A DNA stretch of 64,000 nt, from positions 49,476,001 to 49,540,000 of the forward strand of contig OZ336876.1 of assembly GCA_965287045.1 (NCBI GenBank). Direction: 5' to 3'. Shown piece by piece: positions 61,371-64,000 of this stretch; within the stretch, counting starts at the first letter, position 1; each line of letters begins with the position of its first letter. This DNA is from Carcharhinus amblyrhynchos (taxonomy: Eukaryota). The translations under genes were made by a program, and so were the position numbers. The notes below the pieces were generated by a model, which saw only the letters and a list, made by a program, of their open reading frames with translations, was not told where the DNA came from and did no database searches.

Positions 61371-61780
61371 CCAAACTAGTCAAATGACTAATTTTCATGT
61401 TGTATTGTGGATATTAGCTTTTTAAATAATATTAACACTTTAGAACCCTTTCAAATGTTATCTTTGTGAATAAGTGCGTGAACAAGATATTAGGGAGAAA
61501 GCAAATGTTGCACTTTTAACGTCATAGGATTCTAAGTCAGTGCACTATAATATTTTCAAATGAGCAGGTTGCAGCAACTTTGACATTTCTATCCAAAGCT
61601 TTGTGATATCAGACAACACTTGCTGTTGCGCGCTGACATCACTCTCATAAAAAAACTATTTAGTGAAGCCCATCAGTGAAGTGTAAGGAAAATATATTAG
61701 AAAAATTCAGCTACCCAAGTGCAATAAAATCACAATGTCGTTCTATGCATTTACTGAACATTAATACTCTGAATACGAAC

Positions 61781-62351
61781 CTGGTTATTTTCAGTGGGAA
61801 GAGAATTTCCATACATAAAACAGCCCCGCTTTGAAGCATGTCCATGTAGGTCCACATAGTATGCAATTCCACTCTCATGTGGAGGAATGTGCTCAGCAGT
61901 TTCTGAAGAGTCACAGTTATCAGTTGCCTTCTCACAGTGTGCACCATCGCCACTAGATGAATTAATTTTCCCATTAAGTGATTCTGAAAGCGGCTGCCCG
62001 TTGTTATCTTTGCCTTGAATTAATGCATCTGATTGGTCAAGATCTTTACAGGAAATTATGCAATCCATTTCCTCATTTTCAAAGTTTTTTAGATTTTTGC
62101 TTTTCTCCATCTCTGACAGAGTGGTTTCAGAGGAGATAGAAGTTGTATTGATGGAATGGTTCAAGTCCTTTGTGCATAAAGGACCACTGGATGTCAATGG
62201 AGAGAGCTTTCTCCAGTCACTTTTATCTGGATTCACACGATTGTTAACATGATGATAAAGGATGACTGCTCGTGCCGCATAAATTGAAGGATGCAAATTA
62301 AAATCTGGATCCAAGTACAAACGATTCAGATTCACGCCTCTAGAATCTGTC
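61781..62351 (-). CDS. AGBL5: AGBL5 exon with NLNR and DLHGH zinc-ligand motifs
   Basis: ATTTCTCAG|G; [16 protein letters not shown]...[25 protein letters not shown]; donor CAG|GTTCGT; 571 bp, phase 2 to 0. Confidence 0.99.
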
Positions 62352-62661
62352 CTGAGAAATACAAACATAGAAACAAAGAATGATACAACTCAGGAGGATG
62401 CTATTCCACCTATTATACCTGTGCTGACTCTTTGGCAAAGCTATCCAATTCATCCCATTCTCTTGCTGTTTTCGATAGCCCCGTAATTTCTTTGCATGTT
62501 ATGTAAACAAGAATTTGATACTGTTGATCTGTTAATTGGGCTGTCATGCTATATATTACATTATTTAATGATAAAATTGTCAGAAACAGGTACTCAAAGA
62601 CACAATCACAGCACTTTCCTGGCTGAATAACACAACAATAATTTAATAAATTCAGGCTTAC

Positions 62662-62840
62662 CGATAATGTCCCCTCACTACACCATCTGGATTCAACATC
62701 GGTATAAGTTTAAACACAAACATTCGTCTCAACATCCGGGCACGTAGATCATCAGCCCGCAAAATAAACTCAAGGAAACCATTAAAAACAAAACTGGAAG
62801 GAGTTTCACCAGGATGCACGCGACTGCTGAGGAAAAATAC
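62662..62840 (-). CDS. AGBL5: AGBL5 exon with HPGE zinc-binding motif
   Basis: TTGTTCTAG|GTA; [60 protein letters not shown]; donor TCG|GTAAGC; 179 bp. Confidence 0.99.
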
Positions 62841-63442
62841 CTAGAACAAGAGAAAAATATTCTGGATATAAATAATTTAATACACAATCAAATATCATAC
62901 ATGTGAATGAGTGCCATTTGACTGGGTGCCATTCCTGGGCCTGGGGATTGCAAGACCAAATATATCTGTCCTTGGGCCTTATCAGAATGAATCAACACAA
63001 CACGTAACTAAAAATTAGACCCATCATTGCAGCAGAAAATCTAGGTTTGGACTTCCCATTTGGATTATCTATGTTGCAGAACAGCTTTACATGAAGCTTG
63101 CTAAACTGGAGATAGGAATAATTTTCAAATAATGGTTTTATGTTCATTACTGGACAGTTAACACCTGACTGAATCTAGATGAATTAAAAACAAACAAAAT
63201 CAACAATGTCCAGAAAATCTAACAAGTTTTATATTTAGATTCTACATCGTCTCGCATGTGAATTAATACTTGTCTTTATAAAACCATCCACAATAAATCA
63301 AAAACAGAAATTAACCTTAAACTGCATTTGTCTACTAGCACAAATTGTTATAGTACCTGTAATTATTATAGCTTTTCATACTGAAATACTGACTGTTGGC
63401 AAAGCCTTCATGCATAGAGTAGACAGCTTTGGATTTTCTTAC

Positions 63443-63620
63443 TTGTTTTCCAGAGAACTGCTTTGGGCGAGGAGTGGAATGATCCGGAAAAAGCTTTTCA
63501 AGTCGTGGTTCACATTCTGCTGTCATCCCATCACACGATGTAATGGTAATAAGATCAATACGTCGTTTGTCCAAGGAATAACACAGAGGCTCACGGTGAT
63601 AGTAAATAGTATCTGGAGGA
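63443..63620 (-). CDS. AGBL5: AGBL5 exon (most 5' exon in the window; the gene continues beyond 64000)
   Basis: TTTTGTTTCAG|T; [59 protein letters not shown]; donor CAA|GTAAGA; 178 bp. Confidence 0.98.
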
Positions 63621-64000
63621 CTGAAACAAAATTTTCTAGTTACAAGCTGGGCTCTTCACAAAATTCAACTAATAATCCATGTAAATAAAAAGTACCAAGA
63701 ATACTCTAAGAAGGCAGCAAGAGTGCTTGTACATGCTCAACTCAAAGTACTTCCCCATGTACAAAGAAGACAGAGATACTTTCTCTGGAGGAAAATTAAT
63801 GAGAACTTCACTTTCATGTACTGGCTAGTAGTCTGTGGGAAATCCAAAATCCAGCACAAACTTCTGCATGTTTAATATCGCAGACATCTAAAAAGAGGAC
63901 TTGGTTGCACAAGGAGTTATAAATTGTCCTTTTGCTGGTGATCAGAGTTCAAATTAAGCCAAGACTGAAGGGGTACAAGATTCACGTATCTACTTGCCAC

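Overview
Eukaryotic DNA, inferred to be from a cartilaginous fish (shark) because the repeats resemble HE1/V-SINEs, SacSINE1-like Deu-SINEs, HER1/CR1 LINEs and elasmobranch-type Penelope ends. The window holds the 3' part of one minus-strand gene, AGBL5 (cytosolic carboxypeptidase 5, a tubulin deglutamylase). Eight exons (63620 to 46404) are well supported by GT-AG sites, phase continuity and M14 zinc-carboxypeptidase motifs (HPGE, NLNR, DLHGH, YTLE). Four further candidate exons (18928, 10751, 10063, 5700) continue the reading frame to a stop at 5336; one encodes a basic RPSRIPVRK SxIP-type motif. Several alternative 3' ends are plausible, including a roughly 6 kb TE-poor, 3'UTR-like block at 34.1-40.4 kb. 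The introns contain many retroelements and PIF/Harbinger fossils. The most unusual structure is at 6.1-9.8 kb: stacked Penelope-like palindromes with hammerhead-ribozyme cores, a tandem duplication, and a 250-bp inverted copy of sequence 2.4 kb away inserted at a palindrome centre between direct repeats. All homology calls are by eye and from memory; no searches were run.
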